Below are positions 31,945 through 32,000 of a stretch of 32,000 nucleotides of DNA, piece after piece (position 1 is the stretch's first letter; the number at the start of each line of letters is the position of its first letter). Location of the stretch: positions 213,555-245,554 of the forward strand of contig CAZHYN010000001.1 of assembly GCA_964536865.1 (NCBI GenBank), written 5' to 3'. The position numbers were made by a program, and so were the translations under genes. This DNA comes from an uncultured Planctomycetia bacterium (lineage in GTDB: Bacteria; Omnitrophota; Gorgyraeia; Duberdicusellales; 4484-171). The notes below the pieces were generated by a model that saw nothing but the letters and a program-made list of their open reading frames with translations, was not told the origin of the DNA and searched no databases.

Positions 31945-32000
31945 TCTATGATAACGTAAAATATTTTGTGGACTTTTCTCTTGACAGAATAATAAAAAAG

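Noticed and set aside
1-32000. Scanned for tRNA/rRNA genes, CRISPR arrays, integrase/att sites and defence-system hallmarks (restriction enzymes, Cas, toxin-antitoxin pairs).
   Set aside because: I noticed no cloverleaf-like T-arm motif (e.g. GGTTCGAATCC), no regularly spaced repeats and no such protein signatures. The only repeats found are the PilX-gene block, the REP-like palindromes and short tandem duplications already listed.

Overview
Gene-dense, AT-rich (roughly one-third GC by eye) bacterial chromosome segment. Secretin, LolA-like and beta-barrel genes indicate a diderm host, but I cannot assign a taxon. Nearly all genes are on the + strand, and many stop/start codons overlap. Layout: (1) 1-9114 is a type IV pilus / T2SS-like locus: the tail of a PilC/GspF-like gene, two major-type pilins separated by a roughly 260-nt GC-enriched structured RNA, two minor pilins, two tandem PilX/GspK-like paralogs, then pilM-pilN-pilO-(PilP/MshK-like)-secretin-ExeA/MshM-like ATPase-GspB-like protein. 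(2) 9294-16688 is a six-gene operon: adenylate-forming ligase, PNP/UDP-family phosphorylase-like protein, class II aldolase-like protein, RND/MMPL-type exporter, LolA-like periplasmic protein and DUF1302-like outer-membrane barrel. (3) 16753-18122 holds an inverse-autotransporter beta-barrel fragment with no signal peptide, then a small secreted protein. (4) 18165-19142 holds an IS200/RAYT-type Y1 transposase flanked by near-identical palindromes. (5) 19135-26101 holds housekeeping and RNA-modification genes: rlmN, a PflX-like radical SAM, a flavin reductase, a NOL1/NOP2/Sun m5C methyltransferase, a B12-binding radical SAM, HU on the minus strand, a methyltransferase and a TPR protein. (6) The minus strand carries ispH translationally coupled to a GH94-like glycoside phosphorylase. 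(7) 29762-30885 is a decayed thioredoxin-fold + DsbD/CcdA-like membrane gene, followed by a NIL-domain protein and a SpoU/TrmJ-like methyltransferase. I saw no tRNA, rRNA or CRISPR array. The most interesting items are the riboswitch-like RNA with GEMM-I (c-di-GMP-I) signature blocks between the pilin genes, a 261-bp perfectly identical block inside otherwise diverged tandem PilX-like genes, the enzyme + RND + LolA-like + barrel operon, and the REP/RAYT unit. All family assignments come from motif recognition by eye; no searches were run.
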